Part shown: positions 1 through 9,300 of the stretch, in pieces
Layout of the letters: every line of letters begins with the position of its first letter
Position numbering within the stretch: position 1 is the first letter of the stretch
Notes under the pieces: generated by a model
Databases searched by the model: none
The model's input: only the letters and a program-made list of their open reading frames with translations
What the model was told of the DNA's origin: nothing
Made by a program: the position numbers and the translations under genes
From: Candidatus Peribacteria bacterium
GTDB taxonomy: Bacteria > Patescibacteriota > Gracilibacteria > Peribacterales > Peribacteraceae
Assembly: GCA_041691135.1 (NCBI GenBank)
Contig: JBEPVF010000017.1
Location: 1-26,195 of the forward strand
DNA: 26,195 bases
Direction of reading: 5' to 3'

Positions 1-61
1 GCCAACGATGAATCGACCAGCTTCCACCAAACCGCGCCGAAAGCGGCAGCGCCATGCTGAA

Positions 62-119
62 GAACCTCATCAATCTCTTGATTCTCTAAACTCTTCTCCT
101 AGGTCCCATCGGTCACTTC
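62..119 (-). repeat. Degenerate 9-nt-periodic repeat tract directly after the rpsJ stop
   Basis: Minus strand reads GAAGTGACC GATGGGACC TAGGAGAA GAGTTTAGA GAATCAAGA GATTGATGA. GAGAATCAAGAGATT matches the carA insert GAGAAACAAGAGATT at 14/15. TGACCGATG recurs at about 7355-7363. Confidence 0.6.
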
Positions 120-122
120 TTA

Positions 123-545
123 TTACGCCATATCAATCTTGATATCCACGCCACTTGGCAAGGATAACGATTGCAGGCCTTCGATCGTCTTCGGCGTTGT
201 TTCGCTGAGGTCGATCAGGCGGCGGTGCGTGCGCATTTCGAATTGGTCGCGAGCGTCCTTGAATTTGAATGTGGCGCGTTGCACGGTGAATTTGCGGATG
301 AGGGTTGGCAAAGGGATGGGGCCGTGGACGATAGCGCCGCTGCGTTCGGCCGTCTCCAAAATCTTTGCGGCTGCCTCGTCGAGCACAGTATGGTCAAAAG
401 CGCTCAGGCGAATGCGGATGAACTGCTTGGATTCCTTTTTATCTTTGGCTTTGGTTGCCTTGTCGGCTCCCGCAGACGCGTCAGCTTTCGTGCCCTTGGT
501 GGCAGGCTTCGTTTTCTTCTCGACGGGTTTTTTCGTGGGCGTCAT
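123..545 (-). CDS. rpsJ: 30S ribosomal protein S10 (NusE) with a ~40-aa Lys/Ala-rich N-terminal extension
   Basis: [33 protein letters not shown] and LPSGVDIKI are S10 signatures; lies directly downstream of tuf. Confidence 0.97.
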   Translation of the reverse strand: MTPTKKPVEKKTKPATKGTKADASAGADKATKAKDKKESKQFIRIRLSAFDHTVLDEAAAKILETAERSGAIVHGPIPLPTLIRKFTVQRATFKFKDARDQFEMRTHRRLIDLSETTPKTIEGLQSLSLPSGVDIKIDMA

Positions 546-571
546 GGAACGGGAGGGGAAAGAGCAGGGGA

Positions 572-609
572 GCGAAGGAAAAACTTCGCAAGGGGCGCCG
601 AAGCGCCCC
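572..609 (-). promoter_or_regulatory. Two hairpins in the tuf-rpsJ spacer (possible attenuator or processing site)
   Basis: Minus strand GGGGCGC-TTCG-GCGCCCC (592-609, cUUCGg tetraloop), followed by GCGAAG-TTTTTC-CTTCGC (572-589). Confidence 0.55.
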
Positions 610-622
610 CGGAAGTGATGTA

Positions 623-1801
<1,179 letters not shown>

Positions 1802-1846
1802 AGCGAAAGGGAGAAAAGAGAGGTAGGGGAAAGCTAAGTGGAAGAG

Positions 1847-1876
1847 AGAATAGCCTCTTTTAGCCGCGGCAGTCTA
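1847..1876 (-). promoter_or_regulatory. Putative sigma70 promoter for tuf
   Basis: TAGACT-18 nt-TATTCT (preceded by GC), followed by a pyrimidine-rich leader with no Shine-Dalgarno. Confidence 0.4.
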
Positions 1877-1966
1877 GGGAATATGCCTAGTATTCGTCAA
1901 TATCACTTTGTATCTGTACAAAGCGTTCTTGAAGAAAAGTGAGGAGCAAGGTCCAAGCCACTCTCC

Positions 1967-2072
1967 GGATTCAAGAGAGGGGACCAAAGGATAAAAGGAA
2001 TCCAGAGTGTTTTGCATTTTTTTGCGTGAATCCCTTGTTTCCCTTAAATTTCCTGAATCCTTGACTGAATCA
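1967..2072. repeat. Inverted pair of 9-nt-periodic repeat arms downstream of the ABC transporter stop
   Basis: Minus arm GATTCAGGA AATTTAAGG GAAACAAGG GATTCACGC (2059-2024). Plus arm GGATTCAAGAGAGG...AAGGAATCCAGAG (1967-2007). T-rich spacer between them. Confidence 0.6.
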
Positions 2073-2092
2073 ACGGTGGCAGACAAGCCAAA

Positions 2093-4027
2093 CTACTCCT
2101 CCGCCAGCATCCCCTGGCTCTGGAGCTCGACCATTTCGCGGTAAATGGCGCAGGTTTTCATCAGCTGTTCATGTGGAGCTACATCGATCAGCTCTCCTTT
2201 ATGGAAAACGGCGATGCGGTCGACGGAGCGGACGGTAGAGAGACGATGGGCGATGATGCAGGCCGTGCGGCCTTCGACCAGACTTCTGATTCCTTCCTGC
2301 ACCTGTTTCTCGGTCACCGAATCGAGTGCGCTGGTTGCTTCATCGAGCACCACGATCTTGGGTCTCTTTAAGATGGCGCGGGCAATTGCCACACGCTGAC
2401 GCTGTCCGCCGCTCAGGCGGATGCCGCGATCACCGATCAATGTATGGTATCCATTCGGCAACGATGCGATAAATTCATCGGCCGCCGCACGTCTGGCCGC
2501 CTCTTTTACTTCTTCGGTTGTTGCATCGGGACGCGCATAGCGGATGTTCTCCAGAATCGAATCGTTGAACATGATATTTTCCTGCAGCACCAGTCCGATC
2601 TGACTGCGCCACCATTCCATGTCGAGCTCGCGCAGATCCACGCCGTCGATCAGGATCCGTCCCTTCGTCACGTCGTAGAAACGATTGATCAACATGGCCA
2701 GCGTCGTTTTGCCGGCGCCGGAGTGTCCTACGAAGGCGATGTGTTCGCCGGGTTTGATGACCAGATTTATATTGTGCAGCACTTCGCCAGGATGGCGGTC
2801 TTCTTCGTCGGGACATTCGATCGTGCTGCTCTTCTTCTCCTTGTCTTCGTGGCCAGGAATCGCACGCACCAATTCTGCATCATCAGACTCTTCGTCCGTC
2901 GGCTTTATATCAATCGCTGGCGTGGGTGCTTCTTCGCTGGTATCGACCAGGACTTTTTCCGCAGCATAGGCAAAACACACATCTTCGAAATGAATTTCCC
3001 CTTTAAGCCCATTCGGCACAATTGGTTTTTCCACGTTCTTCACGTCCACTGGCATCGAGAGGATTTCTTCGGCCAGCCGTACGCGGCCCACGCGCTTGTT
3101 CCACTGTGGCATGATCCCGCCGAGCATTTCGAATGGAGTGAGGACGCGGAAGAACGACGATTGGAAAAAATACACCTCACCCAGCGACAGCAAGTCCTGC
3201 GTGTATAAATAGATACCGATTGAAATCAGCAAGATGCGCGTGAGCATGAAAAAGTTCACCGCTTCCACCATCGCCCAGCGCCGGTTCACTTGTTTCTGTT
3301 TGCTGTAGGTTTCCAAGTGGGTCGCATGCATCGTCGATTCTTCCCGGTCTTCCTGTGCGCCCGACTTCACCGAATAAATATTCGTGACCGCGTCGTACGC
3401 GCGACCGATGGAAGTGACCCATAAACGATTTGCCTCCTCCTGGAACTTCATCGTCCGGCGCGTGCCGATCACCGCAATCAACAGAAAGAAACCGATGCTT
3501 CCGATCAGGATGAGAGCCAGCAGGGGATTGATCAGAAAACCGATGACCAGGAAGACGATGGCTGACAGGAACGATGGCACAAACTGCACGATCAGTTCGC
3601 GTTGGAGGTCAGCCATGGTGTCGGCTGCATTGTCCAGAATCTTCACCACTTCTCCCGACTTCTGACGCGTGTGAAACGAAATGCCCAAATGAAGCACGTG
3701 ATTGTAGATGCGTTCGCGATAATCAAGGATCAACCACTCGCTTAATTTCCAACTGATGAATTTTTCGGTCGTCTGAATTGCCGACATCAGCACGAACAGG
3801 CCGGCCCATGCGCTGAAGATCATCTTGTAGTTCACCGCCGCGCCGGTTTTGGCCAGTAACATCTGATCGATCGCGTAGCGCGCGTACAGCGGCTCGGTAA
3901 TCCAGATACCTGCTGTCAGTAGAATAAAGATGAATAGCGCCGCATATCCCCCTGGATAGCGCCTTATTTGTTGCCGGATGATGTGCAGAATTACGTTCAA
4001 CTTCTTAATTGTTAGAGTATCTAACAA
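2093..4027 (-). CDS. ABC exporter, fused TMD-NBD half transporter (MsbA/Atm1-like)
   Basis: N-terminal transmembrane helices, Walker A GHSGAGKT, Q-loop VLQE, signature LSGGQRQR, Walker B VVLDEATSALD, H-loop IAHRLST. The TTG start is uncertain. Confidence 0.93.
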   Translation of the reverse strand: MLDTLTIKKLNVILHIIRQQIRRYPGGYAALFIFILLTAGIWITEPLYARYAIDQMLLAKTGAAVNYKMIFSAWAGLFVLMSAIQTTEKFISWKLSEWLILDYRERIYNHVLHLGISFHTRQKSGEVVKILDNAADTMADLQRELIVQFVPSFLSAIVFLVIGFLINPLLALILIGSIGFFLLIAVIGTRRTMKFQEEANRLWVTSIGRAYDAVTNIYSVKSGAQEDREESTMHATHLETYSKQKQVNRRWAMVEAVNFFMLTRILLISIGIYLYTQDLLSLGEVYFFQSSFFRVLTPFEMLGGIMPQWNKRVGRVRLAEEILSMPVDVKNVEKPIVPNGLKGEIHFEDVCFAYAAEKVLVDTSEEAPTPAIDIKPTDEESDDAELVRAIPGHEDKEKKSSTIECPDEEDRHPGEVLHNINLVIKPGEHIAFVGHSGAGKTTLAMLINRFYDVTKGRILIDGVDLRELDMEWWRSQIGLVLQENIMFNDSILENIRYARPDATTEEVKEAARRAAADEFIASLPNGYHTLIGDRGIRLSGGQRQRVAIARAILKRPKIVVLDEATSALDSVTEKQVQEGIRSLVEGRTACIIAHRLSTVRSVDRIAVFHKGELIDVAPHEQLMKTCAIYREMVELQSQGMLAEE

Positions 4028-4092
4028 TGCCTTACTTACTCTTAATAATCAATAAAAAACACCTAGTACAGACGCCATGGTATTGCGTCTCA

Positions 4093-4100
4093 GCTACACT
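4093..4100 (+). promoter_or_regulatory. Putative -10 element giving a leaderless mutY mRNA
   Basis: GC-TACACT ends 7 nt before ATG 4108; no SD. Confidence 0.4.
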
Positions 4101-4107
4101 GATGCCT

Positions 4108-5076
4108 ATGAAGCATGCCGAACGTTCAGCGGAATTTTGCCAACGAATGTGGCAATGGTTCGAGACACACAAGCGCATCCTCCCATGGCGTGATCTGCAG
4201 ATTAGCGACGACACGCAACGTGCATACATGATCCTCATTTCCGAGGTGATGCTGCAGCAGACGCAGGTGCCGCGGGTCGAAGTGATCTTCAAGCGATTCC
4301 TCGGACAATTTCCCACGATCCATGATCTTGCGCGTGCGTCGAACAAAGATGTCGTCATCGCGTGGAAGGGCATGGGCTACAACTCGCGTGCGCTGCGGTT
4401 ACGCGATGCTGCGAAGGTCATTGTCGAGGAACATGGCGGTATTTTTCCGCGTGAGCTCGGTCAGTTGTTGCATATCAAAGGCATTGGTTCCTATACCGCA
4501 GCGGCAATCCGCAATTTTGCCTTCAGCTTGCCCACGCCGTGCGTCGATACCAACATTCGCCGGATTCTGCATCGGGTCTTCATTGGTCCCGATCAGGCCG
4601 ATGGAACATTTGAAACATCCGATAAAAAACTTCTTCCGCTTGCGACGGATACGTTGACGATCGCGCTGGAATTACAACCGAAACTGACAGGTGCCACCTG
4701 GCACGCTGCGCTGATGGATTTCGGCTCGGCAATTTGTAAAAAATCGAATCCGCAATGTGCGATTTGTCCGATGGCGAAAAATGGCCTGTGCAAATCGGCA
4801 TTCAAGATCAACGGCCGTACGGTCCAACGAAAATCAAAGACGGAACCGGGCCGTCTGGTTGGCTCGGTGTTCATCCCGAACAGAATCTTCCGCGGCCGCA
4901 TCATCGACGAATTGCGCCATGCGCCAAAGGGCCTGACGTTCGCGGATATCGGCAGCCGGATCAGTGTTGATTGGAATGCGATTGAGCATGCCGAATGGTT
5001 GAAGGGTCTGATCGATCGTTTAAAAAAGGAGACATTCATCGTCGAAAAACAGTCAGTCTTTCATTTGGCCGAATAA
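4108..5076 (+). CDS. mutY: A/G-specific adenine DNA glycosylase (short MutY, HhH-GPD family with 4Fe-4S cluster)
   Basis: LPWR, ISEVMLQQTQV, WKGMGYNSRA, HhH IKGIGSYTAAAI, VDTNIRR, ALMDFGSAIC-x6-C-x2-C-x7-C. Start moved from 4009 (which overlaps the divergent ABC gene) to ATG 4108. Confidence 0.88.
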   Translation: MKHAERSAEFCQRMWQWFETHKRILPWRDLQISDDTQRAYMILISEVMLQQTQVPRVEVIFKRFLGQFPTIHDLARASNKDVVIAWKGMGYNSRALRLRDAAKVIVEEHGGIFPRELGQLLHIKGIGSYTAAAIRNFAFSLPTPCVDTNIRRILHRVFIGPDQADGTFETSDKKLLPLATDTLTIALELQPKLTGATWHAALMDFGSAICKKSNPQCAICPMAKNGLCKSAFKINGRTVQRKSKTEPGRLVGSVFIPNRIFRGRIIDELRHAPKGLTFADIGSRISVDWNAIEHAEWLKGLIDRLKKETFIVEKQSVFHLAE

Positions 5077-5100
5077 AAAGCCCGATGGTATCGGGCTTTT
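5076..5100. terminator. Bidirectional intrinsic terminator between convergent genes
   Basis: AAAAGCCCGAT-GGT-ATCGGGCTTTT perfect inverted repeat with A/T tails on both sides. Confidence 0.88.
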
Positions 5101-5123
5101 GGTTCTAATTGACTTATGGCTGT

Positions 5124-7208
5124 TTATCGGCCGCCGCTCATTCCGCCGTATCCTCCTGAGCCGTACATGCCGCCAGCATTCGTGTAGTTGGTGTTCGTGT
5201 TGTTGGCTGATGGCGTAATCGGACAGCCCTGTGGTCCGCAGCCGTCGCCATTGCTTGTTGCCGAATCTTTTCCAAATTTTGTTGAGAAGAACGGACCTCC
5301 GATATTCATCTGCGTGTGTTCGACACTTGATCCGCTGTCGGCGTCGAGCCAGCTGAAAGGGGCGACATCCGTTCCATAGATTTCTTCGCTTGTATTGTTG
5401 CCCAGTCCCGATAACGAGAGCATGACCTGCAAATGAGAAGAAGCATTGGGGGCAATGACTTTCGCCTGTAATCCGAATGAAACGGTTTTGTCCGATTCAA
5501 TCCCGCCAGGCAACAGCGTGTCGACATGCTGACACTCGACAATGATGTAAGACTGCGTGTTGAGCAGCGCTGTACGCGGCGTACAGGGCAACTGCCTGGT
5601 CGGATCCACTGAACTTACCAGGTTGAATGAATTGCTATCGAGGCCGACATTCATCGCATTGACCTGAAAAATAAGCGTCTTGAAGATCACCCTGTTCTCG
5701 CCGTTCTTCGTATTAGTATTTTTTGACGCATCGATCTTGAAAGCGCCGATCATTTGTTTGCCTTCAATGGTCAGAGGCGAGCCATCGGGCATAGACAAGC
5801 CGTTCTCGACCGATTTGATCGATGATAGAACAACCTCGTGCGTCTGGCTGACGATGCTGTAGTTCGGTCCGGGTGCGTCTGTTCCAATCAGGACTTCGCC
5901 GACGGCATTGTTGTCACCGTCATTCGTGCGCAGCTGCGCACCGCCGTTCACTTCCGTTGCGCTGAACGAATCAGGCTGCAGATGCAACTGAATGAGTTCG
6001 CCAGACCGTGCGCCGTTATTGTCATCTTTCATCTGAGCGACGAACAAGATATTGCTTGGCTGTGACATCTGTACGGTAAGTGGCACTCCGCCTTCGATGC
6101 GAATGCAGAACGGCGTGTCCGGACCATTTTTGAGTGCATCAGGACAATCAGCTGTCGTGCCGATTCCCATCACCATGTGTCCGTTGTCGGCACTGAGGAT
6201 GGATATTTGTTCGATGCTTGCCGGTTTGCCACTCACGTATACGGTGATGGCATGGACATCCACGCCCGCGGCAGTATCGGTCTTGAGTTGCAGATTCCAA
6301 AGCGATTCGGTCTGCGTCTTTCCGCCCAGCAACTGCTGAGGGCCGGTGTGGTTACTCTCCGTAACGAACAAATTGCTGGTTGCTTCCAACTTACAGATGT
6401 TTGAACAACCGTCGTTGTTCGTCGTATTACCATCATCGCATTGCTCACCTGTCGTAGGCTCCAAGGTACCGTTACCGCATTTTGATTCGCAAATGAGCTT
6501 GCCACATGCGCAAGGGTCAGCGCCCTTTTCATAGTGACAACCCACGGGAGGCTGCGCACACATCGCAATGCCGCTGGTGCAATGGATCGCCGAGCTGGAA
6601 CTCTGACCACTACTGTCGCTTGATCCGGTTTCTATGAGCATCACTGCATCGGCCATCGCAACATTCGGTCCGGCATTGGTCATGGTTACGGTAATGCTGT
6701 TCGTTGCTCCGTGCGCGGTAAATTTGCCGAGTGACTGCCATGGGCGATCTTCCACCTTGTCGCCCGAGGGCGGACTCGTTTCATCGATCGTGACGGTCTG
6801 CGCATCAGATTGTCCGCCATTTACCGTGATCTGCAGAGTGTTCGACAGAAAGAAATATTCTTTCCAAGTCAGACGAACGTCATATGTCGTACCTGCCTTG
6901 AGTTTGTCGAAGGTCCAAGTGGCCGAGCCGTTGGCATTTGTCCAATGGAAGTTGTTCTTGTATCCCAACGGTGACTGCTGAGTTTTCCACGTCCCTACTG
7001 GAAGGGAAAAAGCAGGTGTCGCATCGCTGTCATCAATAAGGAGCGTAGCAGCGGTTGTTCCTGCGCTGCTTCCGTTGCTGCCCGGAACCGGTGGCAAAAA
7101 GCCCGGAGGCAGCTGACCGAGGAGAAGGTGACCGGACACGCTGATCAGACTGAACAGCATGAGACCGGCAGAGGAGTACGCAAGGACAGCGTGCTTCGAA
7201 TGAGACAT
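5124..7208 (-). CDS. Secreted/surface protein with a golvesin-like beta-sandwich, a Myxococcus-type Cys-rich repeat (DUF4215-like) and beta-rich C-terminal domains
   Basis: Hydrophobic N-terminus; IDDSD...GTW...SATWTF...YDVRLTW...ADAVML pattern; CGNGTLEPTTGEQCDDGNTTNNDGCSNIC; Gly/Tyr/Met-rich tail. Confidence 0.75.
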   Translation of the reverse strand: MSHSKHAVLAYSSAGLMLFSLISVSGHLLLGQLPPGFLPPVPGSNGSSAGTTAATLLIDDSDATPAFSLPVGTWKTQQSPLGYKNNFHWTNANGSATWTFDKLKAGTTYDVRLTWKEYFFLSNTLQITVNGGQSDAQTVTIDETSPPSGDKVEDRPWQSLGKFTAHGATNSITVTMTNAGPNVAMADAVMLIETGSSDSSGQSSSSAIHCTSGIAMCAQPPVGCHYEKGADPCACGKLICESKCGNGTLEPTTGEQCDDGNTTNNDGCSNICKLEATSNLFVTESNHTGPQQLLGGKTQTESLWNLQLKTDTAAGVDVHAITVYVSGKPASIEQISILSADNGHMVMGIGTTADCPDALKNGPDTPFCIRIEGGVPLTVQMSQPSNILFVAQMKDDNNGARSGELIQLHLQPDSFSATEVNGGAQLRTNDGDNNAVGEVLIGTDAPGPNYSIVSQTHEVVLSSIKSVENGLSMPDGSPLTIEGKQMIGAFKIDASKNTNTKNGENRVIFKTLIFQVNAMNVGLDSNSFNLVSSVDPTRQLPCTPRTALLNTQSYIIVECQHVDTLLPGGIESDKTVSFGLQAKVIAPNASSHLQVMLSLSGLGNNTSEEIYGTDVAPFSWLDADSGSSVEHTQMNIGGPFFSTKFGKDSATSNGDGCGPQGCPITPSANNTNTNYTNAGGMYGSGGYGGMSGGR

Positions 7209-7235
7209 AGAGGATTTTGGTATAGATTTCTCCTT

Positions 7236-7264
7236 ATTATAGCTTAATCTGACATTTTAGACAA
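7236..7264 (-). promoter_or_regulatory. sigma70-type promoter for the 5124-7208 gene
   Basis: TTGTCT-17 nt-TATAAT (preceded by GC), 27 nt upstream of the ATG. Confidence 0.65.
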
Positions 7265-7274
7265 TAACATGCTT

Positions 7275-7380
7275 ACTGAGGTAACCGATGTGGCAGAGGT
7301 GGTAAAGGAGAGGGATTGCTCATTGCTTTTCTTTTTTTCCTTAATCCTCGGTCACATCGGTCATTCCTATCACATCTGTC
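7275..7380. repeat. Inverted pair of 9-nt-periodic repeat arms directly after the rny stop
   Basis: Plus arm GAGGTAACC GATGTGGCA GAGGTGGTA. Minus arm GATGTGATA GGAATGACC GATGTGACC GAGG. ACCGATGTGGCAGAGG vs ACCGATGTGACCGAGG is 14/16. T-rich spacer. Confidence 0.7.
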
Positions 7381-7383
7381 GGC

Positions 7384-8940
7384 TTATTTCGCTGTTTCCT
7401 CGATTCGTCGTTCGCGGATTACATTCACCTTGATGATTCCTGGGTAGGTCAGTTCCGCTTCGACTTTCTTGGCGATGTCCTTGGCTAACTTTTCCTGCTC
7501 CAGATCGTTAATTTTGCCAGTATCGACATACACACGGATCTCGCGGCCGGCACTGATGGCGAACGCTTTCTGGACGCCAGGGAAGGTCTTGGCTACATCT
7601 TCGAGTGCACGCAGACGCTTGAAATACTCTTCGATTGATTCGCGGCGAGCCCCTGGTCGAGCGCCGGAGATGGCATCGGCAGCGGCGACTACGAACGCTT
7701 CGGGCGAGGCGATGGGGATATCTTCATGGTGCGCGGCCACACAGTGGATCACTTCGGGTCGTACTTTGAACCGCTTGCAGATCTCCACGCCGATCTCGAC
7801 ATGCGTGCCAGTTACCTCATGGTCGAGGGCCTTGCCGATATCGTGCAATAGACAACCTTCCACGACGATCTGCGGATCAGCGCCGATTTCCTCGGCCAAC
7901 ATGCGACCGATGTGCGCCATCTCTACCGAATGCTTCAAAACGTTCTGTCCGTAGCTGGTACGGAAGCGCAGACGCCCGATGATCTTCAGCAGATCGGCCG
8001 GGTAGCCGGCGATACCGAGTTCCTCAGTCGCGCGCTTGCCGAACTCAAGCATCATCTTGCTCACCTGCTCCTTCACCTTCGCCACGATTTCTTCAATTCT
8101 TGCCGGTTGAATGCGGCCATCCTGGATCAGTTTCTCCATCGACAGCTTCGCCACGTAGCGGCGCACCAGATCGAAGCCCGAGACGATAATGGCGCCTGGG
8201 GTGTCATCAATGATGATATCGACGCCGGTTGCCTGTTCGAAGGCGATAATGTTGCGTCCTTCTTTGCCGATGATCTTGCCTTTCACGTCATCGCTCGGCA
8301 GCTGCACCACGGTCGCGGTCGATTCACTGGCTACTTCGGCGGCGTAGCGCTGCATGGCTTCTGACATCAGGTTCTTCGCTTTATCTTCGACCTCCTGTTC
8401 CATTTCTTCGCGTCGAAGTTTCAGTTGTGATGCGAATTGGGTCGAGAACTCTTTTTCCAGCTCCTCCCAGAGCTGCTTCTTGGCCTCTTCTTCGGTCAAC
8501 TTGGCAGCCGCCTGCAAGGCTTCGCGGTGCTTCTGGCTGGCGCTGGAAAGTTCCAGTTTCAGCGCTTCATTTTCCTTTTCCTGTTCTGCCAGATGAACGC
8601 GCTGGCGCTCCATCTCTTTTACTTTGGTATCGAGGCCTTTCTCTTTTTCCTCCAGCCGCCCCTGTTCTTTTTCGAGCTTGGCTTCCATTTCGGTGGCCTG
8701 GATCTTCGCTTCAGTCAAAATATCTTTGGCAGCTGCCTTGGCTTCGACTTCAGCTGCTTTAATCTGATTCTGTGCTTCCGAGATCTTGGACTGAAGTTTT
8801 TCGAGTGTACGTTCCTGTTCCAGGATCTGATTCTGTAACGTCGAACTGATTTTCTTTCCTTTACTAAAGAAGAACCAACCAGCGGCGAGTCCCAGGAGGA
8901 GTCCTCCAAGGAGAAAGGGGATATCGATGATGAAATTCAT
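7384..8940 (-). CDS. rny: Ribonuclease Y
   Basis: N-terminal TM, long coiled coil, KH (KGKIIGKEGRNI), RTSYGQNVLKHS, HD motif LLHDIGKA, HHED, ADAISGARPGARRE. Start set at ATG 8940 (MNFII) rather than TTG 8982. Confidence 0.97.
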   Translation of the reverse strand: MNFIIDIPFLLGGLLLGLAAGWFFFSKGKKISSTLQNQILEQERTLEKLQSKISEAQNQIKAAEVEAKAAAKDILTEAKIQATEMEAKLEKEQGRLEEKEKGLDTKVKEMERQRVHLAEQEKENEALKLELSSASQKHREALQAAAKLTEEEAKKQLWEELEKEFSTQFASQLKLRREEMEQEVEDKAKNLMSEAMQRYAAEVASESTATVVQLPSDDVKGKIIGKEGRNIIAFEQATGVDIIIDDTPGAIIVSGFDLVRRYVAKLSMEKLIQDGRIQPARIEEIVAKVKEQVSKMMLEFGKRATEELGIAGYPADLLKIIGRLRFRTSYGQNVLKHSVEMAHIGRMLAEEIGADPQIVVEGCLLHDIGKALDHEVTGTHVEIGVEICKRFKVRPEVIHCVAAHHEDIPIASPEAFVVAAADAISGARPGARRESIEEYFKRLRALEDVAKTFPGVQKAFAISAGREIRVYVDTGKINDLEQEKLAKDIAKKVEAELTYPGIIKVNVIRERRIEETAK

Positions 8941-8950
8941 AGGACATGAG

Positions 8951-9070
8951 GGGCAGTGGATAGTGGAACTGCCTCTCCTCAAAAATTTTTACTTCAAGGG
9001 ACGAGCCGTTGGAATGCGAGAAAATTGAGCATCGTTCTTAAAGGGGAGATTCGTCAGTTGAGGAGAGAAG
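8951..9070 (-). ncRNA. Candidate structured RNA / 5' leader upstream of rny (6S-like position)
   Basis: Perfect 10-bp closing stem CTCTCCTCAA (8973-8982) / TTGAGGAGAG (9058-9067), inner stems GACGA/TCGTC and ATGC/GCAT, large unpaired segments, a further GGCAGT/ACTGCC hairpin. GC-TATACT -10 at 9078-9083. Confidence 0.4.
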
Positions 9071-9300
9071 TGACTGGAGTATAGCGATGGAATATGTCCG
9101 GTGCGAGCCCTGACCGTCAATTTTACAAAAATGGCTTAAGGAAGGGCTGAAATTATTTATACATTCCCAAGTTGCCAAAGCTGTTCCGTGATACCAAAGA
9201 ACAGTCTTTATCCTTTCTGGTAGCCCGAATTTTGAGCTATATGCATTAAAGAGAGTCAATTGTTCTCCGAAAAGTCCATAGACACTGATTTCATTCTGGT

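Noticed and set aside
1-89. Possible 3' end of a plus-strand gene or start of a minus-strand gene at the left edge
   Set aside because: Several short frames are open but none is recognisable; too little sequence to call.
1874-2086. 70-aa minus-strand ORF containing DSGNLRETRDSR
   Set aside because: It is a translation of the 9-nt repeat arms, has a TTG start and no coding features; treated as a repeat.
7275-7380. CRISPR array or IS terminal inverted repeats as an explanation for the repeat tracts
   Set aside because: No identical 23-47 nt repeats with unique spacers, no cas or transposase gene, no evident target-site duplication.
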